Notes under the pieces: model-generated
The model's input: the letters and a program-made list of their open reading frames with translations, nothing else
What the model was told of the DNA's origin: nothing
The model's database searches: none
Shown: in pieces, positions 15,127 through 24,463 of the stretch
Numbering within the stretch: the first letter of the stretch is position 1
Layout: each line of letters begins with the position of its first letter
DNA from: an uncultured bacterium
GTDB taxonomy: Bacteria; Patescibacteriota; Gracilibacteria; UBA1369; PNNO01
Assembly (NCBI GenBank): GCA_963704705.1
Contig: OY969931.1
Location: 270,001-302,000 of the forward strand
Direction of reading: 5' to 3'
DNA: 32,000 nucleotides
Translations under genes and position numbers: made by a program

Positions 15127-17460
15127 ATGGCACAAAAACTCCCATTTTCTCAAATGTCCGATGATGAAATCGAGAAATCCCTAGCTGATAATAAAATAGG
15201 GCTTACGACAGATGAAGCAAAGCAGATTGAGAAAATATTGGGACGCGCGCCAACACTTACCGAAGCAGTGATTTTTGGAATTCAATGTTCAGAACACTGC
15301 GCTTACAGATCAACAAAGAAATATTTAAAAACACTTCCAACAAATGCTCCAAATGTAATTTTGGGGCCTGTTGAAGATTCAGGAATAGTTTCATTTGCTG
15401 AAGCTGAAGGCGAAAGATGGGGACTTATAATGTCACATGAAAGTCATAATCATCCTTCTCAAATTGTGCCTTATGAAGGTGCTGCAACAGGAATCGGCGG
15501 AGTTGTACGCGATGTTTGCTGTATGGGAGGAAAAGTAATAGGAACTGTTGATCCTTTGAGATTTGGGGATATTAAAAAGAATCAGGCGCGAAGAATTGCT
15601 GATGGGGTTGTAGCGGGTGTTGGCGGATATGGAAATCCAATTGGAATTCCAAATTTAGGAGGCGATTGCTATTTTGACCCGCAATATAACGATAATTGCT
15701 TGGTAAATGTTGCTGCCTTCGGTCTTGTAAAAGAATCAGATATAATTCATTCATATGTGCCGGAAGAAGCAGCAGACGTTGGTTACGACATAATTATTGT
15801 TGGGAAACCAACTGATAACAGTGGAATGGGAGGAGCTTCTTTTGCATCATTTGAACTTAATGAGGCTGATAAAGAAGCCAACAAAGGTGCTGTTCAGGAG
15901 CCAAATCCGTTTCTTAAAAGACATTTATTGGTAAGCACTTATGATTTATTCAGAATACTTCAGGAAAATGGTGATATTGGGCGGGTTTCATTTAAAGATC
16001 ACGGAGCTGGCGGAAATGTTTGTTCAACTGTTGAGCAAGTTGCTAAACGCGGCTTTGGAGCAGAAGTTGAAATAGATAAAATTCATACCGGAATGAAAGG
16101 TTTGGATCCTTCGGTTATCGCTTGTTCTGAAACACAGGAAAGATTCGCCTGGACATGCCATCCTGACCTTACACAAATGATTTTAGACCACTATAACAAA
16201 AAGTGGGATTTGCCGAGTGTTGCTGAAAATGCCGGAGCTGTATTGGTCGGAAAAGTGCGTCATGGAAATTATAAATTAACTTACAAAGGTGATGTTGAGG
16301 TTGATGCAAAAGCCGTAGATTTAACAGAGGGAATTCAGTACGACAGAGAAGTTAAAGAACCTGAAAGAGAATTTAAAGAACCCTCAATTAAAGAAAAAAG
16401 TGATTATTCTGATGATTTACTTGAATTGTTAGAGAGCGAAAATGTGGCTTCACGCAGGCCAATTTACGAAAATTATGATAAACAGGTGAGAGGAGATACA
16501 ATTGTAGAGGCAGGTGAAGCTGATGCAGGAATTCTTGCACCTTTACTTGGCGAAGATGTAAGCGATGAGTTGAAAAAGGTTGGAGTTGCATTCAGTTGTG
16601 ATGCGAATCCAAGATACGGAAAAATTTCTCCATATTATCAGGCGTTAAATGCGGTTGTTGAATCAATGAGAAATGTTGCAGCTGTAGGTGCGGAGCCAAT
16701 CGCAATTACAGATTGTTTATGTTATGGGAATCCTGAAAAACCAGAGCAAATGTGGGAATTTGTTGAGGGTGTAAGAGGAGTTAAAGAAGGTTGCGAAGGG
16801 CTTAAACTAAAGGAGTTTCCTGATTCGCCTACCCCGGTAATTTCAGGAAATGTTTCACTTTATAATCATTCAAAAAATGGTGCGATTCCGCCTTCGGCTA
16901 TAATTTGTTGTGCAGGAAAAATTCGCGATTACAATCGTGCAGTAAAAATGCAATTTAAAAAAGCCGGAAGCAAATTATTTATGCTTGGCGAACGACATGA
17001 TGAGCTTGGCGGAAGCGAATTTTATAGATTGCGCGGAGAGTTGGGTGCAAATATTCCAAAACCAGATTTGGCCGAGGTTCAGTCACAGATTTTTGCAATG
17101 GTTGATGCAGTAGATGAAGGTTGCGTAAATTCAGCTCATGACATAAGTGAGGGTGGAGTTGCTGTTTGTCTGGCTGAAATGGCCCTTGGGGGACGCGCAG
17201 AAGGTACGCTTGGGTGCAAGGTGCGTTTAGAAGGAGACTTGGCTGGCTATGCAAAATTGTTTGGAGAAACAGGTGGATTTGTTGTTGAAGTTAGCGATGA
17301 AGCGCGATTTCGTGATATTTGCTCAAAACACGGAGTGAAAGAGATTTTTGAGATTGGTGAGGTTATTGAAGATTCTTTAATTGAGATTGAAGGATTGGCC
17401 AGAGTTACAATTGAAGATGCTCGAGGCCGATGGTGGAATGGATTACGGGAGAAAATGTAG
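15127..17460 (+). CDS. purL: Phosphoribosylformylglycinamidine (FGAM) synthase II
   Basis: 777 aa with a duplicated AIR-synthase-like fold. Motifs include SEHCAYRS, DSGIV, SHESHNHPSQIVPYEGAATGIGGVVRD and HGAGGN. Confidence 0.95.
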   Translation: MAQKLPFSQMSDDEIEKSLADNKIGLTTDEAKQIEKILGRAPTLTEAVIFGIQCSEHCAYRSTKKYLKTLPTNAPNVILGPVEDSGIVSFAEAEGERWGLIMSHESHNHPSQIVPYEGAATGIGGVVRDVCCMGGKVIGTVDPLRFGDIKKNQARRIADGVVAGVGGYGNPIGIPNLGGDCYFDPQYNDNCLVNVAAFGLVKESDIIHSYVPEEAADVGYDIIIVGKPTDNSGMGGASFASFELNEADKEANKGAVQEPNPFLKRHLLVSTYDLFRILQENGDIGRVSFKDHGAGGNVCSTVEQVAKRGFGAEVEIDKIHTGMKGLDPSVIACSETQERFAWTCHPDLTQMILDHYNKKWDLPSVAENAGAVLVGKVRHGNYKLTYKGDVEVDAKAVDLTEGIQYDREVKEPEREFKEPSIKEKSDYSDDLLELLESENVASRRPIYENYDKQVRGDTIVEAGEADAGILAPLLGEDVSDELKKVGVAFSCDANPRYGKISPYYQALNAVVESMRNVAAVGAEPIAITDCLCYGNPEKPEQMWEFVEGVRGVKEGCEGLKLKEFPDSPTPVISGNVSLYNHSKNGAIPPSAIICCAGKIRDYNRAVKMQFKKAGSKLFMLGERHDELGGSEFYRLRGELGANIPKPDLAEVQSQIFAMVDAVDEGCVNSAHDISEGGVAVCLAEMALGGRAEGTLGCKVRLEGDLAGYAKLFGETGGFVVEVSDEARFRDICSKHGVKEIFEIGEVIEDSLIEIEGLARVTIEDARGRWWNGLREKM

Positions 17461-17542
17461 GGTGAGTGAATGTACACCATTTATATCAAAAAGTCCAGTC
17501 GGAATGCTTGAAATCAGGCTGGCTGTTTGTTATATTTTGACT

Positions 17543-18367
17543 ATGAGAAATATACATGAAAAATTTGTTGAATATGGTCGCAATGCTCGAAAATGGATAA
17601 ATGAGTGCAAAATGCTTCTGCCTGAAATTGATAGGCAGAAAATTTGGTATGAAAAAGGATTTGGCAGTATTTATGAGTATGCATCAAAATTGGCCGGATT
17701 AAGCCATGGCCAGGTTCGTGATGCTTTGCGGATTATGAAAAGGATTGAAGATAAGCCGGCTTTGATTGAAGTTGCAAAAGAAAAAGGGATAAATGCTGTG
17801 AGACCGGTAGCAACAATCGCGACTAAAAAAAATCAGGAGTTTTGGGCTGAGAAAGCGCAGATAATGTCCAAAAATACTCTTATGGCATTTGTTCGTTCTA
17901 GTGGGACCGGTCCCACTTTAAATCAAAAGACCATACAAATGACATTAAGTCAAAAAACGGTTGCAAAACTTGAAAAAATTAAAGGAGATCGTGATTGGGA
18001 AGAAATCATGATTGAACTTTTGGAGGCAAAAGCATTGCAAAAACCTGCACCAGTTGAGAGTAAAAACCATTATATCCCTGCTGCAATTAGAAATTTTGTT
18101 ATACAAAAATACCATGGATTGTGCGCTTTTCCTGGTTGCTGCAAAGAATATGAAGAATTGCATCACACTTATAGATTTTCACTTTTTGGCGTGCACGATC
18201 CGGATCAAATTGTTCCGCTGTGCAAATCTCATCATGATTTGGCTCATCATGGCTTGATAGAAAACGAAACAAAATCGCCGGAAAAATGGGAAATTAGGGA
18301 GTTTGCCGAGGTTATACATCCAAATTTCGAAATTGATGAGTATATGCAGAAGTGTAGAAGCGGGTAG
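17543..18367 (+). CDS. HNH endonuclease-domain protein with DUF222-like N-terminal region
   Basis: The C-terminal HNH motif is CAFPGCCKEYEELHHTYRFSLFGVHDPDQIVPLCKSHHDLAHHG. The track ORF starts at 17381 inside purL, so I prefer ATG 17543 (MRNIHEKF...), which sits just after a TTGAAA-17-TATATT element at 17508-17536. ATG 17504 is an alternative start. Confidence 0.75.
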   Translation: MRNIHEKFVEYGRNARKWINECKMLLPEIDRQKIWYEKGFGSIYEYASKLAGLSHGQVRDALRIMKRIEDKPALIEVAKEKGINAVRPVATIATKKNQEFWAEKAQIMSKNTLMAFVRSSGTGPTLNQKTIQMTLSQKTVAKLEKIKGDRDWEEIMIELLEAKALQKPAPVESKNHYIPAAIRNFVIQKYHGLCAFPGCCKEYEELHHTYRFSLFGVHDPDQIVPLCKSHHDLAHHGLIENETKSPEKWEIREFAEVIHPNFEIDEYMQKCRSG

Positions 18368-18384
18368 ATTGTTGTTAAAGACCC

Positions 18385-18413
18385 TTGTTTTTTTGGCTGA
18401 TTTATGCTAAAAT
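18385..18413 (+). promoter_or_regulatory. Extended -10 promoter candidate for the 18.4-28.1 kb operon (TTGTTT-17 nt-TGcTAAAAT)
   Basis: TTGTTT at 18385-18390, TG at 18405-18406 and TAAAAT at 18408-18413, lying 24 nt upstream of the ATG at 18437. Confidence 0.4.
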
Positions 18414-18436
18414 ATTAGGAAAATAAAAATAAAAAC

Positions 18437-18925
18437 ATGCAAGAAATAAAAAACACATTTCATGAAGAAGTAATAAGCTGGGAAGCACCAGAATATTTCC
18501 AGCATGAAAAAGGCTGGAAGTGGTATTTAATAGCTGCAATTTTGATTGTGCTATTGGTTATTTATGGAATTTTTACAAACAATTTAACTTTGGCGATTGC
18601 TTTGGTGCTTGCTTCTGCGGTTTATATGATGGTGCATGCGCAGGCTCCACAACATGTAAATGTTATTGTTTCAAGAACAGGAATTAAAGTTGGGCAAAGG
18701 GAATATCCTTATCAAAATATTAAATTTTTCTGGATTATTTATAGTCCGCATAAGATAAAAACACTGAATTTAGAAACAAACTCAAGGTATTTACCTGATA
18801 TTTCAATTCAGCTTGGGGATCAGGACCCGGCTCAACTGCGAACTTTTTTACTTATGCATATAAGGGAAAAAGAAGGTAAGGAGGAAAATTTTGTAGATTT
18901 AATAATGCATATTCTTAAACTTTAA
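18437..18925 (+). CDS. Small two-TM membrane protein with YdbS-like (bacterial PH domain) architecture
   Basis: 162 aa. Two adjacent TM helices (WYLIAAILIVLLVIYGIF and LTLAIALVLASAVYMMV) are followed by a ~95-aa beta-rich domain ending in a helix. The architecture call is by eye only. Confidence 0.6.
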   Translation: MQEIKNTFHEEVISWEAPEYFQHEKGWKWYLIAAILIVLLVIYGIFTNNLTLAIALVLASAVYMMVHAQAPQHVNVIVSRTGIKVGQREYPYQNIKFFWIIYSPHKIKTLNLETNSRYLPDISIQLGDQDPAQLRTFLLMHIREKEGKEENFVDLIMHILKL

Positions 18926-18928
18926 AAT

Positions 18929-20638
18929 ATGAATGGCGGACCAAACAAACCAAAAAAGGGACCTGAGGAAAGTGATGTTGAAAAAACAAAACTCGAATAT
19001 TTAAAAGAACAAAAAAATCAATTAAAAAAAAATACTAAACAATCGTTAAAGGAATTACGTGGTAAAATGCATATGCTTACGATTGGTGCCAGAGGCAGCG
19101 ATATTCCTTCTTTGAGACATGGGAAGTTTTTGGAAGCAGCTGAGAGAAATTTAAAACAAATTGAAGATAAATATTTAAAAGAATTTGATGCTTTGATTGA
19201 CCAAAAGATGTCTTATCAGGATTTGCTTCTTTCTATCGGAAGATTACAACGAAAACAAAAGTCTGAGATCGGCGGTTATAAAGATGCGATTGTATATGCA
19301 GTAAGGGCTTTTGCTGGTGCAAAAGGACAAATTGATCAGAAAGAATATGCATATTTTTATACAATTCTTGAAAATATTAATACTTTAAGCGAGCATTATG
19401 GCACTGATATTGGTGTTTTGTTTGCTCACATTCAGCAGGATAATTTGAATAAACAGGAATGGGATAAAATTTGCGAATATATTAAACAGTATCCTTATAC
19501 CAGAAATGTAACCAATGGCGGGGATGCGATAAAACTTTCAGTTACTGCTTTTTTATTTAAAGCACTTGATCAGAATCAAAGATACAAAGCTGTTATTGAG
19601 TATTCAAAAAGAAATGGACCAAGAGAAGCTGAGGAGCTTGCCGATTCCTTAGTTAAAGCAAATGTATTGAATATAAAGCAATATGAACAACTTATGAAAG
19701 AAATCCATGGCGACAAATATTCAATGGATGCAAATAAAGAAAAGGAAATTAGAGAAGCTCAGAACAATACAAGGAGATTATTGCGGGGTGTAAATCGAAA
19801 ACTTGGAAGTTCAATGTATATTAACGGCGCTGAAAGAGTTTTAAACAGAAAAAATATTGCGTCATTTATTATGACGGGTCTTGGAACTTTAGGCATGATA
19901 ACAAATTATTTATCACATTTGCAGTCCGGAAAAGGTTTGGGAAGATTGGTTGCCGGATTCAAGTCTCCTCATTTTATGTTTAGTGCTGCGGTTGCCGCAG
20001 GCGGAGTACATATGCTTCAAAGAGGAATGACTGCGGGATCACATGGAGAAAGTTATTTTAGCACCCTGTTAAAAGGAGAAAAGAGATTAACCAATCCATT
20101 TGGAGTTGGAAAAAACGCAGAAGTTAAAGATGGTCATTTTGCGGAATTGGTAAATATTTTTAAAGATCACAACCTGGTTGAAAAATACTTTTTGGAACAA
20201 AAAGGCTTTGATGATTTAGCTGATTTCCATATGGCTAAGAGGTTTGATAGAACAAAACGAGCAGTGGAAATAAGGGAAGAAAAGGGTAAAAGAATGGGGG
20301 AGGGTATGAATTTATTTGATGAATATTTACAGTTTATTGAGAAAAAAAGAGGAAAAAACTGTCCAGAGGCGATTATGTTTCGCGAAACAGGAAATCGTTA
20401 TGGTAAAGCCATAATGACAAGATATTTGGTACGAATAGCAGCTGCTCAGCAGGCTCTTGGAATTACAACTTCTGAATATTTCAATAAAACAAATATGAGA
20501 AGTCAGTTATTTACTCATAAAGACCTGCTTTTACATAGAGAGGGCGTTAGGTCTATTGCAAGGTCGAAATTGCCTGAAGTAAGAGCGCAGAAGGCTGCTG
20601 ATGAAGCTAAAAAGAAAAAACAAAAACAAACTAAATAA
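18929..20638 (+). CDS. Uncharacterised 569-aa protein: coiled-coil N-terminus, helical body, central Gly-rich hydrophobic hairpin
   Basis: Long clean ORF 3 nt after the previous stop, with no signal peptide. The only hydrophobic stretch is aa ~310-363 (IASFIMTGLGTLGMITNYL...LVAGFKSPHFMFSAAVAAGGVHML; nt 19856-20017). The C-terminus is Lys-rich. No enzymatic motif was recognised. Confidence 0.75.
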   Translation: MNGGPNKPKKGPEESDVEKTKLEYLKEQKNQLKKNTKQSLKELRGKMHMLTIGARGSDIPSLRHGKFLEAAERNLKQIEDKYLKEFDALIDQKMSYQDLLLSIGRLQRKQKSEIGGYKDAIVYAVRAFAGAKGQIDQKEYAYFYTILENINTLSEHYGTDIGVLFAHIQQDNLNKQEWDKICEYIKQYPYTRNVTNGGDAIKLSVTAFLFKALDQNQRYKAVIEYSKRNGPREAEELADSLVKANVLNIKQYEQLMKEIHGDKYSMDANKEKEIREAQNNTRRLLRGVNRKLGSSMYINGAERVLNRKNIASFIMTGLGTLGMITNYLSHLQSGKGLGRLVAGFKSPHFMFSAAVAAGGVHMLQRGMTAGSHGESYFSTLLKGEKRLTNPFGVGKNAEVKDGHFAELVNIFKDHNLVEKYFLEQKGFDDLADFHMAKRFDRTKRAVEIREEKGKRMGEGMNLFDEYLQFIEKKRGKNCPEAIMFRETGNRYGKAIMTRYLVRIAAAQQALGITTSEYFNKTNMRSQLFTHKDLLLHREGVRSIARSKLPEVRAQKAADEAKKKKQKQTK

Positions 20639-20644
20639 TATTAT

Positions 20645-22096
20645 ATGCAGCAATTAGGAGCATCATTTGTACAATCATTTTTGGTTCCTTACATAAAAAA
20701 CAATATCCTCGGAAATGTTGATAAAGACGAGAGGCTGCAGCGTGAAATAAGATTTGATACAGTACCTTCTCCAACTGATATAGATGGTCTTGAAACATCG
20801 TATTTTACAAATACAGGTACAGTGCTTGATACAGATATGGCTTTAAGAAAAGTGTTCTTTAATGAATTTATAGAATTTATAAACAGACAAAAGAATATTG
20901 CTAACGGCAATGTTTATCAGCTTGCTTTCAGATTATTACCTGATGCAAAAACAAAAACTTATTCAAAAGACGCGACAAATAATCTGGAAAAATTCGGGTT
21001 TGAAGCTGCTAAAGCAATGGAAGATCATGTTGCAGCTGAATTAATTAGACAAAAAGAAGCAAACGGTGAAATTAAAAAAGAACAAGCTGAAGATGACCGA
21101 AGAAAACTTAAAGAAGGTAAATTGATTTTGGTTAGAGGCAAAGACAGTAATTTTAAATACAAATCAGAAGATGATATTAAAAGAGCTATTGCAAGTCGCG
21201 AAAAAGCCATTGAATTCTGGGATGATGTTTTGGCAGATGATTCTCCGCAGGGGCCAGTTGCTTATGGAATGAATCCTTTGGAAATTCCAGAACAGGGTAA
21301 GGAAGAAAAGGGTTCAACATTAGCTGGTTTGCAAAAACAGGTCTGGACAGGAATTGCGATAAAAGCTGAGAAAGAGCTTGAAAATAATGGTATTTATGTT
21401 GAGGCGAGGCTTAAAGTTGATCAAAACGGGGTAGCGTATGGAACCGTTCAAGATCGCAGAGGGGTTGCGCTTAAAGGTGAAGTGAGTGTAATTAAACCAG
21501 GCAAACGAAACTATAAGTTTACATTTGCTAATCAGCCGTCTAAGAAATTTTTCGTTAATCAAGATGAATTAAAAACAGAGTTTAAAGATAAAAAACATTC
21601 AGCAAACGAAGTTTATGCAAATAAACAAATATCTGAAAGAAAAAGAGAAGAATTAATAACAAGAGTTGGTATTCCTGCAAAGGGAGGAGTACAAATGATC
21701 CCGAAAACGCCAAAAGTAGCATTTACACAAACTGAAGCCGGACAAACCAATACTCCGGCAAATCAACAGGTCTATGAAGGTCCGGTACCAATTGGTGTTC
21801 AAGCCGGAAAGAGAGCAAGTGTTCAAACAGAACAAGGTGCGGGCGCGGTTCCTGCTGGTTATCCTTCAGGACCAATAGAAGCAAAAGAGGCATTTGAACA
21901 AAAAAGATTGGCACAAGAAACAGAAGTAAACGCTGGATCAGGAAGCAGGTTATTCAAGTCGAAAAAAGCCCAGCAAGGCGGCCTGCAATCAGGTTCGCGA
22001 TTATTCAGAAACAGCCCGATAGGTAGAGTAATGAAATATTATGCGGCAACTGCAGCTGGTTTTGGTGGTGCTTTGGGATTCTACATTTTCTCTTAA
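20645..22096 (+). CDS. Uncharacterised 483-aa C-terminally tail-anchored protein
   Basis: Clean ORF with no signal peptide. A single C-terminal TM, YYAATAAGFGGALGFYIFS, forms the last 19 aa (nt 22037-22093). A duplicated SGSRLF peptide precedes the anchor. No motif was recognised. Confidence 0.75.
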   Translation: MQQLGASFVQSFLVPYIKNNILGNVDKDERLQREIRFDTVPSPTDIDGLETSYFTNTGTVLDTDMALRKVFFNEFIEFINRQKNIANGNVYQLAFRLLPDAKTKTYSKDATNNLEKFGFEAAKAMEDHVAAELIRQKEANGEIKKEQAEDDRRKLKEGKLILVRGKDSNFKYKSEDDIKRAIASREKAIEFWDDVLADDSPQGPVAYGMNPLEIPEQGKEEKGSTLAGLQKQVWTGIAIKAEKELENNGIYVEARLKVDQNGVAYGTVQDRRGVALKGEVSVIKPGKRNYKFTFANQPSKKFFVNQDELKTEFKDKKHSANEVYANKQISERKREELITRVGIPAKGGVQMIPKTPKVAFTQTEAGQTNTPANQQVYEGPVPIGVQAGKRASVQTEQGAGAVPAGYPSGPIEAKEAFEQKRLAQETEVNAGSGSRLFKSKKAQQGGLQSGSRLFRNSPIGRVMKYYAATAAGFGGALGFYIFS

Positions 22097-22116
22097 ACTA
22101 AAATAAACTTAAAATA

Positions 22117-24447
22117 ATGAAAAAACAAAAATATATATCAAAGAAATGGTTCATATTACTGGCAGTTGTACTGCTTTTAATTCCAGTAACTGCATATGCG
22201 GCATTAGGAGATGCAGCTTCAGCTGGTACAAATCAGGCAGCTACAGTAAGTGGTCAGGCAGTAAGTTCTTTTAATCAGGTACTTAATGCCATGGTTGGGT
22301 TTTTAAGCCAGGTGTTGCAGTTGTTACAAAAGATTTTATGGCCTTTATTCCTGGCGATCGGTGGATTAATGAATAATGATCTCTTATTTGGTGCCGGCAT
22401 GGAAGAAAGATTATTAAGTATATGGGTGCAGATTAGAAATCTTGTGAATATAATTTTTGTTGTTGCATTGCTTGGAATAGCTTTATATAACGTAACTGGT
22501 TTTTCAAAAGAAGGTGATTATCAATTGAAAACATTTTTACCCAAGTTTGTTATTGCTTTGATTTTAGTGAATTTTACTTTTATAGGACTTAAGTTTGTAT
22601 TGGATGTAAGCAATGTTTTAACAAATGTTGTTTTTACTCTTCCTCAGTCTATAAGTGCTGAATTGGCCACAACGCAGGTTTATTTACCAAAAGAAGCTGA
22701 ATTGGCTGACTATGTAAAAGCTAATAATATATCTGATAAAGATTTGAAAAAGATACAAACCAATATAGATAGCGTGTGCAAGGCAATGTTTGGAACTTAT
22801 GAACAAGCCAAAGCAAAAAAAACTGCTTATCTTGCACAAACAAATAAAGATCCAAAGCAAGACCCTTCTAATTTTTATTGCGAAGTGGATACAAATAAAA
22901 ACGTTTATGTATTAACCGATAACGGAAGAAAATTTTTCCAAAAATATTCTTCAAGAAATTCCCCGTTGGTATTGGCAGTTCAAATGATGAAGGTTGTTGA
23001 TGTTGATAAAATTAGTGATGCATTAAAAGGTACTTCACCAAACCTTTCTAAATTAACATTTAATATTTTATTTTCAGTAATTATTTATTTGATTTACGCT
23101 GTGGCGTATGTGGTCTTATTTGTTGTGCTATTGGCCAGATTAGTATTTTTATGGATTATAATTGCACTTTCTCCTTTGATAGCACTTAAAATAGTTTTTT
23201 CAAAACTCCCAACGGGTGATAAAGACTTTTTGAGTTTATTTATTACAAACGCGTTTGTTCCGGTATTAATTGGTATTCCCTTAACAATAGGTTACATAAT
23301 GCTTGGAGCTTTGCAGGATGCGAGCAGTCCTATTACGCAGGATTTTAATTTGAATACATTGTTTAATCTTGAAACTTCGGGTGTTTCTGATTTGCAGACT
23401 ATGGTGATTGCATTTGGTGCGGTTGCTGTAGTTTGGTTTGGTGTATTTGCAGCAGCTGAAAAATCAATTGCTGCAAGCGTAGTCCAAGCTATTAAGAGCA
23501 GGGTTAGAGGTGCTGGTACAACATTGGCAAGAGCAACAAGATTCTTACCAATCATTCCAGCAGCAGCCGGCAATAAAGGAAGGGCCAGTATTGCTCAATT
23601 AAGCAGTTTGGCTACTGCACCATTAAGACGGTTGCAAGAACGATATGGGGGTGAATTTGGTGGAAAAACAATTTCTAAATATAATATTGAAGCTTTGGCT
23701 AGAACTAAAAGAACTGGTTCAGCCAGAGAATTACAACAATTCTTGGCTCAAGGTGTCACTAATCCTAAGTTCCAAAAGCCCTTGGGTCAAGTTGTAGGAA
23801 GATGGAGTCGAAGTGGTACAAAAGAACAAAAAAAACTCGCTCAAGAAATATCAGCTAAGATTGGTCCGGCAGGTTTAAGAAGATTTGAACGAGGTCAATT
23901 AAAACCTGAAGAAGCAAGACAAATTCAGCAATATGCTCAAGGCCAGATTGCTTCTCCGCTTGGTACTCCTAGAACAACAAAGCCGGGTGCTGCTAAGACT
24001 CCAGCAAATGCTGATGCGCAAAGAGCACAAAAATTTAATCAGGTACGGCATGCAGCTGAATTAGGATATATTCCAACAACTAATGAAGCATATACTGCAT
24101 CACAAGCAGGCAAAACAGCTGAATTTGATGCATATGCCAAAGGTCATACCAATGAAATGAAAGTATATGCAGCAATCAGTGCATCAAATGATTCTCTTAA
24201 AAATGCACAGGATAAAGCTAAAGAAATTTCACGTAAAAATATGACGGAAGCTGAGGTTAAAGATGCTGCCGCACAACTAAAAACACACCTTACTAGTGCG
24301 AAGACAACTTTAAAAGGAAAAGGTTTAAGTCCGGCTCAAATAAAGAAAGTATTACAAGATATCGTTCAAAAACAATATCAAAATAAACAAACTGATTTCT
24401 ATAAAACTGATTCAGGAAAAGCTATTAGAGATTTAATAAATAGCTAA
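22117..24447 (+). CDS. Uncharacterised 776-aa polytopic membrane protein with signal peptide and ~325-aa basic/Gln-Ala-Lys-rich cytoplasmic tail (VirB6/TrbL-like topology only)
   Basis: The N-terminus MKKQKYISKKWFILLAVVLLLIPVTAYA|A is signal-like. By eye there are ~7 further hydrophobic helices at aa ~55-86, 104-125, 140-165, 313-338, 340-362, 371-398 and 428-447. A ~140-aa loop (aa 170-310) contains two Cys. The tail runs from aa ~450 (nt 23464) to the end. Confidence 0.8.
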   Translation: MKKQKYISKKWFILLAVVLLLIPVTAYAALGDAASAGTNQAATVSGQAVSSFNQVLNAMVGFLSQVLQLLQKILWPLFLAIGGLMNNDLLFGAGMEERLLSIWVQIRNLVNIIFVVALLGIALYNVTGFSKEGDYQLKTFLPKFVIALILVNFTFIGLKFVLDVSNVLTNVVFTLPQSISAELATTQVYLPKEAELADYVKANNISDKDLKKIQTNIDSVCKAMFGTYEQAKAKKTAYLAQTNKDPKQDPSNFYCEVDTNKNVYVLTDNGRKFFQKYSSRNSPLVLAVQMMKVVDVDKISDALKGTSPNLSKLTFNILFSVIIYLIYAVAYVVLFVVLLARLVFLWIIIALSPLIALKIVFSKLPTGDKDFLSLFITNAFVPVLIGIPLTIGYIMLGALQDASSPITQDFNLNTLFNLETSGVSDLQTMVIAFGAVAVVWFGVFAAAEKSIAASVVQAIKSRVRGAGTTLARATRFLPIIPAAAGNKGRASIAQLSSLATAPLRRLQERYGGEFGGKTISKYNIEALARTKRTGSARELQQFLAQGVTNPKFQKPLGQVVGRWSRSGTKEQKKLAQEISAKIGPAGLRRFERGQLKPEEARQIQQYAQGQIASPLGTPRTTKPGAAKTPANADAQRAQKFNQVRHAAELGYIPTTNEAYTASQAGKTAEFDAYAKGHTNEMKVYAAISASNDSLKNAQDKAKEISRKNMTEAEVKDAAAQLKTHLTSAKTTLKGKGLSPAQIKKVLQDIVQKQYQNKQTDFYKTDSGKAIRDLINS

Positions 24448-24463
24448 AAACAAAAACTAAAAA

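Noticed and set aside
17381-17542. N-terminal 54 codons of the track ORF 17381..18367 overlapping the purL 3' end by 80 nt
   Set aside because: The overlap is a shadow of the purL reading frame. A promoter-like element and ATG at 17543 (or 17504) give a sensible HNH protein without the overlap.
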